Positions 1-13,320 of a stretch of DNA of 64,000 bases are shown piece by piece. A program made the position numbers and the translations under genes. Position 1 is the first letter of the stretch. Each line of letters begins with the position of its first letter. This DNA comes from the human T2T-CHM13v2.0 reference genome, Homo sapiens: the NCBI RefSeq assembly GCF_009914755.1, contig NC_060933.1. One strand, written 5' to 3'. The notes under the pieces are model-generated. The model did no database searches. It had not been told where the DNA came from and worked only from the letters and a program-made list of their open reading frames with translations.

Positions 1-2198
1 TTTAAGAGCAAAGAATTGGAAAGAAGTGGGATATTAGTTTCGAGAACTAAAAGCCACCATAAAGAAATGTCTTAGAACTATCTATGCTCCTTATTGTGAC
101 AAAAACCACAGCAAGAGATCATTATTCTGCTTACCTTGTGCCCAGCACTCTGCTAAATGCTTTACATATACTATTGAATATATTTTTGAATTTAATTCTT
201 AGGAACTCTATGAGGTAGCTACTGTCTTTTTCTCCATTGTCTAGATGAGGAAAGCAAGGCTTAGATAAGTGGCTTAGCCTAAAATCTACAATAAGTGGCA
301 GAGCTGGGACTTGCACCATAACAGAGCCCATGTTCTTCCCTTGAGCTCCACAACTTACTGTGTGCTTTCCTTTGAGAGAGTGGTTAAAAGCAATAATTTT
401 TCTTTTTAAAATCCAGAAAAGCTGTTTCCAGAATTTTGGGTGTCACACATTAGCTTTTTGCAGTTCCTCTTCTCTCTCTGGCTCAAAGCCACCCTGATTA
501 AACAGATGGAGGGTGTTTAAACAGATGGGTGGATATGATGACAACTTGTTTCTGCTATGATTTTCCTGTTGCCTCGACCTTATCTTCTTAATGCTCTAAT
601 ATTACCAAGCCATTGCAATTGTTTGTAACCAGCTTATCATTTGGCCTTATTACAAAATCTGAGAAAATGAGAAATTTATGGTAAAGGAGTAGAAAGAATA
701 CCAAAATTATAATTTGAAAACATGATTTCCAATGTTAGTTCTGACCCTTTTTAACTTTTTTGAGGTGTCTATTTTCCTCACTTTAAATTGTCAATTTCCC
801 CTGACACATAGAACACATAGAAGATCCTAAACTGATTAGTAATTTATTAAAAACAAAACAACCCAAAACACCTGTATCCTGAATTCTCTCACTTTTAAAT
901 CAACTTCTACAAAAACTCTCAGAGTACTGCACAAGAAGCTTTTTAAAATTTCATTGATTTACCTCTGGAAATTGAGCCCAACTCACTTCTGCCTCTCTTT
1001 TTTTAATTTACTGGTTTTAATTTTTGAATATAATATAATTTTTCTTTAAAAAGTGGCAAACATAGCAATCTCTTTATGAAAAAATAGATGTATAAGATAT
1101 ACTCAGATGGAAATGACTCTTGAACACATTTTCCCTCTTTTTCAGTTCATGAATTATGACAGGTAAGTAGGTGTATATTCTTTAATCATTATAGAAATCC
1201 TGATTGCCAATTTCCCATCCAATGCATAGTTCAAGAAGAAGCCATGAATACTTCCTTGTCTCAGTCCTTCCTGCAGTTTTTGATTTTGTGGTTCCAGATA
1301 GCATTCTTGTTTCTTGCAGCAGGAGTTTAAAGCTGGAATCCCTTTGACCTTGGCCACAGCAAACAGAAGATTAATGAAATGAAGCTGAATGACAGTGCTG
1401 GCCCAACATTAGCAACATTCATCTTTTCCCTTCAGTTATTTTACCACTGGGTCTCAATTCATTTCACCTGACTCTTTGACTCTCTTCTACTTCTCATGAC
1501 TCGGGGAATTCGTTTACATGTTGGACTGGAAATTTGGATTTGGTGGTCATCAGTGTGAATGTAGTAGCTATGAGTGATGATGATGTCATCCAAGGAGAGT
1601 AAATAAATGTGAAAGAGAAGAATGTCATCAATAGGACAAAGCCCTGCCTGAAAGCCCTCATTTCTCATGTCAGCTTTAATGTATTGCCTCAATAATTTTT
1701 TTGTCAGTATTTGAAAAGTTTTCATTAGCTAAATATATAAATACATAAATAAAGCTGACATTTACGGTAAAACTAAAAGGCTTAAGATCCTTGAAAAGAA
1801 TGAGTGGATATACATACCTAATCCCTGGATGAGAACCCTTTCTAAACATGTCACCCAAGGCAGAAAGTCTTAAGAAAAAAGATTAATAGAAGGTATATCA
1901 TCTGTATCTCTATAGCTATTAATAGAAGATATATATCTTCCATTAATCTATGTATCTTCTATTAATAGAGATAGAATATGTAGAAGGTATGTATTTTCTA
2001 ATTAATAAAAATACTTAGATGGATAAAACGATGTAGATTAATAGAAGATATATACATGGAAAAAATAAATATATCTATCCATAGATGGATAGATAGATAT
2101 TTCTAATCAAGTCTGAAAGACAGAAAAATAATATGAAAAAGATCTGGTAACCCATATAATACATAATCGAAAATTCTAATATATAAATAGCCCACATA

Positions 2199-3033
2199 AT
2201 GTGAGGAGCGCCTCTGCCCGGCCGCCCCGTCTAGGAAGTGAGGAGCGCCTCTGCCCGGCCACCTTGTCTGGGAAGTGAGGAGCGCCTCTGCCTGGCCGCC
2301 ACGTCTGGGAAGTGAGGAGTGCCTCTGCCTGGCTGCCCTGTCTGGGAAGTGAGGAGTGCCTCTGCCTGGCCGCCCCATCTGGGATGTGAGGAGCTCCTCT
2401 GCCCGGCCGCCACCCCATCTGGGAAGTGACGAGTGCCTCTGCCTGGCCGCTGAGCAATCTTCCAAGTGTGAAGTGACAGCCTTTCTGCAGGTGTACCCAA
2501 CAGCTCAGAAGAGACAGCGACCATCGAGAACGGGCCATGATGACGACGGCGGTTTTGTTGAAAAGAAAAGGGGGAAATGTGGGGAAAAGAAAAAGTGATC
2601 AGATTGTTACTGCGTCTGTGTAGAAAGAAGTAGACATAGGAGACTCCATTTTGTTCTGTACTAAGAAAAATTCTTCTGCCTTGGCATGCTGTTAATCTAT
2701 AACCTTACCCCCAACCCCGTGCTCTCTGAAACATGTGCTGTGTCAACTCAGGGTTAAATGGATTAAGGGCGGTGCAAGATGGGCTTTGTTAAACAGATGC
2801 TTGAAGGCAGCATGCTCGTTAAGAGTCATCACCACTCCCTAATCTCAAGTACCCAGCGACACAAACACTGCAGAAGGCCTCAGGGACCTCTGCCTAGGAA
2901 AACCAGAGACCTTTGTTCATGTGTTTATCAGCTGACCTTCTCTCCACTATTATCCTATGACCCTGCCACATCCCCCTCTCCGAGAAACACCCAAGAATGA
3001 TCAATAAATACTAAAAAAAATAAAAAATAAAAA
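2199..3033 (+). mobile_element. 5'-truncated SVA retrotransposon (VNTR + SINE-R + polyA), probably old SVA_A type
   Basis: About 39-40 bp GC-rich VNTR units (gtctgggaagtgaggagcgcctctgcccggccgcc), then HERV-K env/LTR-derived SINE-R, AATAAA at ~3003 and an A-rich tail. 16-bp TSD ATAAATAGCCCACATA at 2183-2198 and 3034-3049. Confidence 0.93.
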
Positions 3034-3790
3034 ATAAATAGCCCACATACCAATAAGCAAATGGTAAAGAATGCAATAAATGGTCAAGTATTATTGTCCA
3101 AAAAGGAAATCATTTTCAGAAGAGGGAAATGTATTATTATCTAGTTATTATAATTAAAGTATATTTAATTAGTGACTGAAATAGAAATATTGGAAGAAAA
3201 CAGATAAAGATAAGGAGAGATTGCAGTGTTTAGTGCAGTTCACATTAATGAAGCTGATGGTACAATTAGATTAATCTATTTGTATCCATTCTCAGTGACA
3301 TCAATGATTTATCAAGTTAATGATATTAGAATAGAAAATTTCCAAGCAAACAAGTGTAATTGGAGCCAGAGCCATGCGTCATATAACTTTTTCTACCTTA
3401 AAGGAAGGTGTGGGGAGGAGGTTGTAAGAGGCCTAGGACATAGATTACAATATGAAATCACAAGGGAACGCTCTTGGGTTGTTGTAAAACTTAAGAAACT
3501 TCTTGGGAGCTGCAGTCCTCTTGATTCTCCTGCTATTAAACATATGGTTAATGCAAATAATAAATGTTTTGTGAATTCATATTGCTGTATCTGTTCTACT
3601 AGTGGTCAGTGTGCTTGGAGGAAGGTTGTGGACTTGGAAATGTAGAGGGAATTTGATCAAAATAGTGGCTCTTATAAACTAGCTGGAGTTTTTAGTAATG
3701 ATATCAGCCTGCTACTTGGATTATTTTTCTATTATTTTTCTTTGCTTTTTTGCTGCCACCAAGAAGAGTTGAGCTCTCCCAAAGGAGTTA

Positions 3791-4114
<324 letters not shown>

Positions 4115-4170
4115 TTAGCAGAAAGTATAAGAAAATGTTAATGTAAACTATTAAAGAAGTGCAATTTTAA

Positions 4171-4558
<388 letters not shown>

Positions 4559-5429
4559 CTACGCAGATCCACCTCACCCTAACTTCTTCCTTACTGGTGG
4601 AATACCCATGCAACTCTGCTCTACGGTAAAATCCAGGTTGGTTTAAGGCTTAGATAGAAAGAATTCCTGTTAATCCCAGTCCTCTTGTCAGAGATTGGTT
4701 TAGGAGAGGGAATGTCACCCATTTCCAGCCAATGAGACCTGAAGGAAGTCTGCTCTCAAGCTTCTGAGAAAGATTTCTTCATACTAGGAAGGAAACACCA
4801 GAAAAGATGATTCATTTTTACCTCTGGTTATGGCCTTCCTGGGATATACAGCCCAGAGCTGTTCAGCTGTCCTGTAAGTCTGAGGGGAGTCAGCCTCAGG
4901 GCAAAGTACAAAAAGAAAAATGACACCATCAAGCCATGGAATCAAGCAATTCTGAAAAGTGTTCCATTGGTCCTTTGTTAAATGCGATGTTTTTTTCCCT
5001 TATTAACTGATTTCTATTAGAGTTTTCTGTTCCTTTTAGCTGAATGCAATCTGATATACCAGATATAAGGACTTTAGTTCACTGCTGATGGAAAATAAAT
5101 TCTTTTAATATTTCTGGAGGGAAATTTAATGAAATATATAAAAAACATTTTAATCTAACAAAGTCACTTTAGTAATTTTAATAATTATATATTAGCTTCA
5201 AATTTACATATGTAATATGGCTTATAATAGTGAAAAGGGTGAAATATAAATTTCCAATAATAAGGGACAATGATTAAATAGATTTTTGGCTATTCAAAGA
5301 ATGCCACACTGCCTTTTACCAACAAATAAAAAATTACTTAAAATTAAGTGCCCCCCTGGTTACACCCATAATGATTATATGTGCATGTAAGAAAACCTAT
5401 TACCAGAACGAAAATGTGGTATATACCTT

Positions 5430-6270
5430 CCATTTATCTATTTATCAAACATTCTTTGGGGGTCAGCAATGTGCCAGGCATTCTACTAGGTGTTAGAGAT
5501 GCAAAGGGTCAGTGAAAAGTAAGTCATTGGAGTCACAGAGATTACATTTTAGAGCGGAAGACAGTAACCAAGCACGCAAATAAATAAAAAGGTAGTTTTG
5601 GTTTTCTAATAAAGGAAAAAAATAGGGTTGTGTAATGGAAAGTAAATGGGTTGGTGGGTGGGGATGGCTTTAAACTGGGTAGTCAGGAAGGTACTTTCTG
5701 GGATGGGACATGATAAATGAGAAGAGCTACACAAGTAAAGAGTGAAGAGAAGACTGGTCAAGGAGGTGGAACAGCAGAAACAAGAGTTCTAATGTGAAAA
5801 AGAACTCAACATGCTATAGGAGCAGAAATGATGCCAGTATGGCTGGTGTAGAGTGATAGAGGGGAAGGGTACTGCTAAATGGTGTTGGAAAAGTGGGCAG
5901 GATCCCCTTCATGTGTAATGGCTTATAAGCCTCATAAGGAGTTGAGGTTTTATTGGAAGAGTTATAGGAAGCTGTTGGATTATTTTAAGCTGGGAGATAA
6001 CACGAGGTGACTATCACCCTTTGGCTGCTGTGAGGAGAATGATTGTAGAAGCAGGGAGAACGATTTAGAGTCAATAGCCAGATGGGAGATGGCAGTAATT
6101 TGGAGAAAAGTGGACCAAATTATTTTAGAGGTAGAATTAATAGGTTTCTCTAATGGACTCTATGTTGGTAATGTGGTGATGAGATGAATAGCTAAACAAG
6201 TGAAAACCTGAAAATAGGTAGTTACATACGTTAAGTTTGGAGTTCAGGGATAAAGTCTACACTGAATATA
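5430..6270 (-). mobile_element. LINE-2 fragment
   Basis: Typical L2 3'-end signature (catttatc...aacatt...atgtgccaggcattctactaggtg) followed by degenerate L2 body; boundaries approximate. Confidence 0.65.
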
Positions 6271-6634
6271 ATATCCAGAAGATGGTGCAAACATTGAGTG
6301 ACTTCTCCAACCGAGTCACCTATTGCTCTACAGAGTCTTTCTCAGATGAATAACGAAGGGCCAATTTTTATTTTTCCTCATTGTCCCCATTCAGACCTTT
6401 TTTTATTACTCTGCTTTTCCCCACAAAGCCCCTGATCTATCCTGGAGAAGTCACATCCTTCAGATTCTGTGTATCACTAGTCCTTGGGATGCTTTTGATG
6501 AAGTGTTTATAAGACAAACAAACCTTTCTTTTAGCACAACTTTGGCATATTATTGTGTTCATAGTTGGCAACTAGTAGGAAAGAAAGGCCAAAGAAAGGG
6601 GAAAAAGACCTTCTTAAATATGATGTTCATAACA

Positions 6635-6781
6635 GCCAGGCACGGGTGGCTCATGCTTGTAATCCCAGCACTTTGGGAGGCTGAGGTGGGAGGATCACTT
6701 GAGCCCAGGAGTTCGAGACCAGCCTAGGCAACATAGTGAGGCCCAATCTTTAATTAAACAAACAAACAACAACAACAAAAA
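6635..6781 (+). mobile_element. Free left Alu monomer (FLAM-like)
   Basis: Single Alu left arm with an A/AAC-rich tail. Confidence 0.85.
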
Positions 6782-9543
6782 ATATATACATATATATATA
6801 TATTGCTCATAACAAAGAGAATTTGGGGAAATTAGTATACTCAGGCACTGCTGGAGGGAGTATAGATTCTTTCAGCCTTTCTGGAAGGCTATGTGCTATA
6901 GAGATCAAAAGTCATAAAGATGTGCTTAGTTTTTGATCCATAAATTCAGTTTCTACCTATTTTCATATAGAGATAATTATGCATGCATGAAAACATTTAG
7001 TTAGAAGGATGTTAATGGCAGCATTCATTATAATAATGAAGACTAGGAAATAATAAATATCTAACAATAGGGGATATTTTTTGGACTACTCAAACAATGA
7101 AATGTTCTCCTGTCATAAAGTATTATATTTGGAATATATAATGACAGGGAAAATTTTAACTTATTGTTGAGCAAAACATATTGTTGAGCAAAAAAATTAC
7201 AAAATGGTGTATATATTGTCATTACATAACAATAATAAAGATTATTAGTACAAATATTAACAGTGGTGTTGGTATTCTTTGTGACCTTCCTTCCTTCTTA
7301 GCTTCTTTCCTTCCTTCCCTATTTTCTACATTGTACAAAGATAAGATGAAAAAATCTTGAGAAAAAAAGAAAATTGTTGTTATTGAATGGTATATGCAAA
7401 TTGATGGAATTGGAATTGGGAGCTCTATTATGGATAATGGGATGAATGTTAGCAACTGCGATTAATATCAAATAGGAAATTGTCAATGCAGAGAGAGAGA
7501 AGTACACATTCATAGTTAGCAAATAGTTGTTTTAGCTAATGTTCCCTCTGAAAATATTTGTTTGTTTATTTAGGTCTCATATTTTTGAAAATGAACATTT
7601 TGATTGTGTCAAATTCCCACTTAAGAGTCAAATGTGACTGTGGTCCTTGTGCAGTGCGAATGAAGGAGAACAACATCCAGAAGGCAATGTCTTGGGGCTA
7701 AGCTAAGCCTATGATGTCGCTTGCCCTCCTTAGTGCAAGAGAACCTAGAAATAAGCGGTCTTAAGAAGGCTCCCCTTAGGGCACAGCTGTTTGCTTCAGT
7801 CTTTTCTTCCATTAATTCCTCTGCCTGTAGAAGACGAAAGCTTGCATTTCAAATTAGATGTGAACAATATGCCGTGTTGCAGAGGCCTGTGAGATGCATC
7901 ACCTTGCTCTGTGCCTTCCTGCCTCCTTGCCTTTTCTAATGCTGCTCTCTCTGCCTAGAATGCCCTTTCTCCCCTAAATGATACCTGGCCCCAGGTTAAC
8001 AAATACTACCATAAGCAGTCATCTATTTATAAATTTTACCCATGGACAGAAGAAAAAGTCTCTATATTCATCCCCAAAATATATAATCCCTACCTATCCG
8101 AACTGAAAAGTGGAAAGTGCATGACCATAGTATTGACCAATGCCAGTTGTAAGCTCAGAATGGTGGAAACACTGGACACATACTCCTTGGGTAGATCAAA
8201 CAGGGTTTATTTATCTAAAGGATATAAAAGGAAATCAACACAGTTGTGATGTACATTATAAAGATCAACAACATCATTCAGGACAGATAGAGGTTTATTC
8301 TTCTAAAATCTTCACTACAGGGTGCATAGTTACAGATGATAACATCTGAGTAAAGGCCATAATCGGTCCTTCTGGGGACTAAATGGTCTTTCTCTTTACA
8401 TCTATACTTACACCCAATCCTGGATTAGTTCTCTAAGTAGGCTAGTCTGAGTATGTTCTAGGGACCACCTCATTGGAGCCAGGAGCACCCATTAAACTTA
8501 GCTTTATACCATGGAAGTAATTGAAGACCAACCAAATGAGAACAAGCAAAAGCTGTTTAGAACAAGCTTGCTGTAGCAAAGGAGTCAGCCACTGTCAGTT
8601 GCATTTTGGCAGAGAACTCAAAGGCAGGCACAGGACTGCAAAAAAGGGAAGACTTCAAGCATGCTTGGATTGGAGGGTTTTGGCATGGGGAAGCTGTAGA
8701 CATGCTGGGGACAAAAATTACGAAACTGTCAGCCAATTATCAAGTTGATGATGGCAAACCCCAAAATTGGAGCTCAGCCCAGGGGGGTTCTTGGTTTCAC
8801 TCAGGAAGGAATTGAAAAGTAAGCTGACAGTGAAAGAAAGCAAATGTACTAGAGCCACAGTGAACAGAAAATGACTGCTCCATAGACAGAGCAGGGCTAC
8901 CCTATAGGCAGAGTGGCCCAGAGTAGCACTTGTGGATTGGTGGCTATTTATACCCGCTCTTAATTATGTGCTAAAAAGGGATAGGTTATTCACAAACTGT
9001 CTGGAAAAGAGGTGAGGAGTTCCCAGAACCACATAAGGTAACTTCTGGGTCATTGCCACAGCCTCATTTATAAACTGTCACGGTGCTAGTGGGAGTGTCT
9101 TATGCAAACACATTATAACTCTGGGTATGGGAAAGCTGTAGGCATACTGGGGACAAAAATTAGGGAAACTCAGTTAATCAAGTTGATGCAGGTGAACCCC
9201 AAAATTGGGGCTTAGCCCAGGAGGATTCTTGGTTTCACTGAGGAAAGAATTCAAGAGTGAGCTGATAGTGAAAGAAGGCAAATTTATTAAAGCAACAGTG
9301 TACTCTAGCTAGTTTTGGCCAGTTTCTTTGCTGCGTCCTGTTTTAATCACCAGGGTGGCGACCAGTGCTTGGAAAACAAGTTGATCTGCTGATCTCCCAC
9401 CTCATTTCCCCCTCACAGATTATATACTCCTCCTTAATCTTTACGGGTTATTGAAGGGTGGAGTCCATCTCCTCAAACTGCTTCCTGCTGATTTTACGAG
9501 TGTAGGCCCGGCCTAGCATTGGAGAAGTAAAAAAATCTCTAGA

Positions 9544-9858
<315 letters not shown>

Positions 9859-10281
9859 TTAAGGGACCCAAAGGCAGGATTTCTTATTTTTTCAGTTAGA
9901 AGATGGGATGGGTTGGAAGTCCTGTGCCAATATCACACTCACATGGAATTGTTGTAATCTAGAAAGCACAAACTTTACAGAGGTTAAATAAGCCAGGGCC
10001 AAAGATTAGTAATAAGATAGCTAGTAAAGGGCCTAGGAAAGGTTAAACAAATCCACATTACACTTGGTAGGTATCCTTTGACAGAGTCCCAGATGTTTTG
10101 AGTGGTGGGGTTACTAAAGTTATTAAAATTATGTAACTAGGTAGTCTGTTGGTAAATCTTTTGAATTTGCAATTCAACTAACCCTGAATTGTTAACATAA
10201 GAACAGGTGTGGTTTATTACTGCACATACTCCTCCTTGCCATGCTACTTATCTATGTGTTTGTGAAACAACAAACAACAAC

Positions 10282-10573
10282 TTTTTTTTTTTTTGACGGA
10301 GTCTTGCACTGTCTCCCAGGCTGGAGTGCAGTGGCGTGATCTCGGCTCACTGCAAGCTCTGCCTCCCAGGTTCACACCATTCTCCTGCCTCAGCCTCCTG
10401 AGTAGCTGGGACTACAGGCGCCCATCACCACGTCCGGCTAATTTTTTGTATTTTTAGTAGAGACGGGGTCTCACTGTGTTAGCCAGGATGGTCTCGATCT
10501 CCTGACCTGGTGATCTGCCCACCTCAGCCTCCCAAAGTGCTGCGATTACAGGTATGAGCCACCGTGCCCGGCC
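10282..10573 (-). mobile_element. AluY-like, inserted in the ERV
   Basis: Reverse-strand Alu with AluY-type positions; TSD TG(T/C)GAAACAACA. Confidence 0.92.
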
Positions 10574-12997
10574 TGCGAAACAACAGCTTTAGGTCTTCTA
10601 GGGGTTCATAAGTATAGGTCATGGTGTCCTCCTCCTGTGTCTCCAGAGACTCATAAGAAACAGGTTTAATCCTGGGCAGGTGTATCCAGCTAGTGACTAC
10701 CTTAAGTTTCACAACAGTGGGGTACTCAACAACATCTGATAGGGGCCCTTCCATTTCAGTTGTAATTGATCCTCAGAGGATCCTTCTTTCCAAGTTTTTA
10801 GTAAGACTAAGTCTTCTGGTTGAACAGGGATGCTATTCTTTTCCTTTGTGGAGAATAACAATACTTTATTTCCATAATCTTGAAGGGCCTTTTGAACCTG
10901 ACCTGAGTTGATAATATGGGTGAGTATTCTATGTGTCTCCTCATAAAACAGGAGGTCTGAAGTTAAAAAGGGCCTCCCATACATCGTTTCAAATGAGCTA
11001 AGTTTTAATGTTCCCTTTGGAGCCATGCTTATGTGCAAGAGAACTATAGGTAGGAGAGAAACACAGGCCTCCAAGGTCTCCTGACGGAGCTTCGTTAATA
11101 TCCTTTTTGAAACAGGGTTGGCTTTTTCTACTTTATATGAGGATTGAGGCCTCCATGAGGAGTGAAGATGATAGGTAATGCCTGAGGCTGAGGAAGCCTA
11201 AGGCTGGGTCACCCTAGCTGTGAATGAAGGTTTGTTATTACTTTGCAAACTTTTTGGTAATCCAAACCTTGGAATGATTGAAGTAAGAAATTGCACACTT
11301 CCAGTGCTTTTTCTGTCCTTGTAGGGAAAGTTTCTATCTACCTGGTGAATATGTCTACAAGTGCTAGCAAATGGCATCTGGGTGAAATCTATTTGCAAGT
11401 CTTCCCTAGGTTATATTTCTTGGTGTTAACGTAGGTTTGAGCAGGGGTTGGGGCATGGGGTGGCTTTCTGGGCTATTATGAGCACAGAGTTCACAGGCCC
11501 TGGAGATCCTTTTGCAGCCTGGAATAGTCCCTTCCCCAGGAATATTTGGGAAACCAATTTGAATAGAGAATCCCATCCCAAATGTGAGGAGTTGTGGAAA
11601 AGCTTAATTATTTTTCATTGCTCAGCCTGCCACATCAAGGGTTACCGGGGGCTCCTCTGTGGAGATGGTAAGGTATCCTGTGGGAGCTGAAGAGAACCTT
11701 GGGCCCTGTCAGCCTCTGTTGTCTTGGCCGTTATGGGTTTGGGTGGCCCAGGCTCTCTTGGGAGCCTGGGGTAGTCTCTTTTCCAGTGCTACTCTTGATT
11801 ACAGAAGGTGTGCTGATTCTGGCCCAAGGGCCAGCAAGTTGAGGGCTCTCATCTGGGCATCCCAGATGCTGATCTCATTACACTTAGTCGGAATGGGTAA
11901 CCTTCAGGTGGCAAGGGGCTTGAGGCAGCCACGGACAATTGTGCTTTTTGGTTATTTCTTTTGTTTTTCTCCGCCTCTTCTACCCTGTCTCTATTGTAAA
12001 CTCCAAAGGCCATCTTTACGTGTTGGCTCATAGGGGTTTGAGGTCCCATTTTTGCCTTTTGCAGCTTCCTCCTAATGTCACGAGCAAGCTGAGTAATAAG
12101 ATTTATACCCAGGAGATGGCGCCCTTCCGGGGAGTCTGGGTCTGCATTTGTATATTTCCTGAGGGCCTCAACCAAACAGCCCTAAAACAGAGCAGGATTT
12201 TTGTCCTTCCCCTGAGTTACTTCTCTAACCTTGTCATGATTGAGTGGCTTAACCACATACTTTTTCATACCTTCAATTAAACGAGCTACCATGTGATTTA
12301 GCATTTGAGGTCTTGGGAAGCCCTCTGGTAATACCACAGAAGGTCCAGATCTGGAACTGGATCTCCCCTCACACGATAAATGGCATGGCCTTAGTTATGA
12401 GCAGCCACTCCATCTGCATATTCACAGGCAGTTCCCAGAACCCTTTTTCTCCTCTAAAGTAGAGTACAGGTGGACAATAATATTTGTAACTCATGTCAAG
12501 TTAAGTCAAAGGACATGGTCAACTTAACAAACTATTCTACAAACTTCCCTGAGTCCTCTGAAAACTCACCAAATTTCTCTTTGCGTAAAGTCAAATCAGA
12601 CTTAGAAAAAGGCACATATACTGGTTGTCCCCACATCTCCATCAGCTACCTCTCAAAATGGACACAGGCTCAGTTTTAGGGGCTGATATGGGGACCTACT
12701 CTTGGTGGTATTGGTTGGACTTACTTCCTTGGGCAGCAGTGGTTACAGGCTGGGTTTAGTTGGATAAGGGAGAAGGGTGTTTGGTAACCTTGGATGGGAG
12801 CCACTTCAGAATTGGGGAACTGAGGAGGCTCGGCACTGGGGAGGAGGCACGGGCCTTCTGAGAGGAGTCACTGGGAGGGCATTATCTGGGATATCTGGTG
12901 TGGCTTCTTTGTGCCTGGAAGTGAGATGAGCCACACGAATCCTACAGTTGTCCCTTAAGTCCGGATCCTGGTAAGGGGCCATAAAAGCCGGTACATA

Positions 12998-13320
<323 letters not shown>

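Noticed and set aside
1154-1858. Minus-strand ORFs of 60-88 aa
   Set aside because: Partly resemble decayed L2/L1 sequence (HTDDHQIQISSP is L2 RT-like); no splice or homology support.
2103-2538. Repetitive ORFs and CRISPR-like periodicity
   Set aside because: This is the SVA VNTR: tandem units without unique spacers, in eukaryotic DNA.
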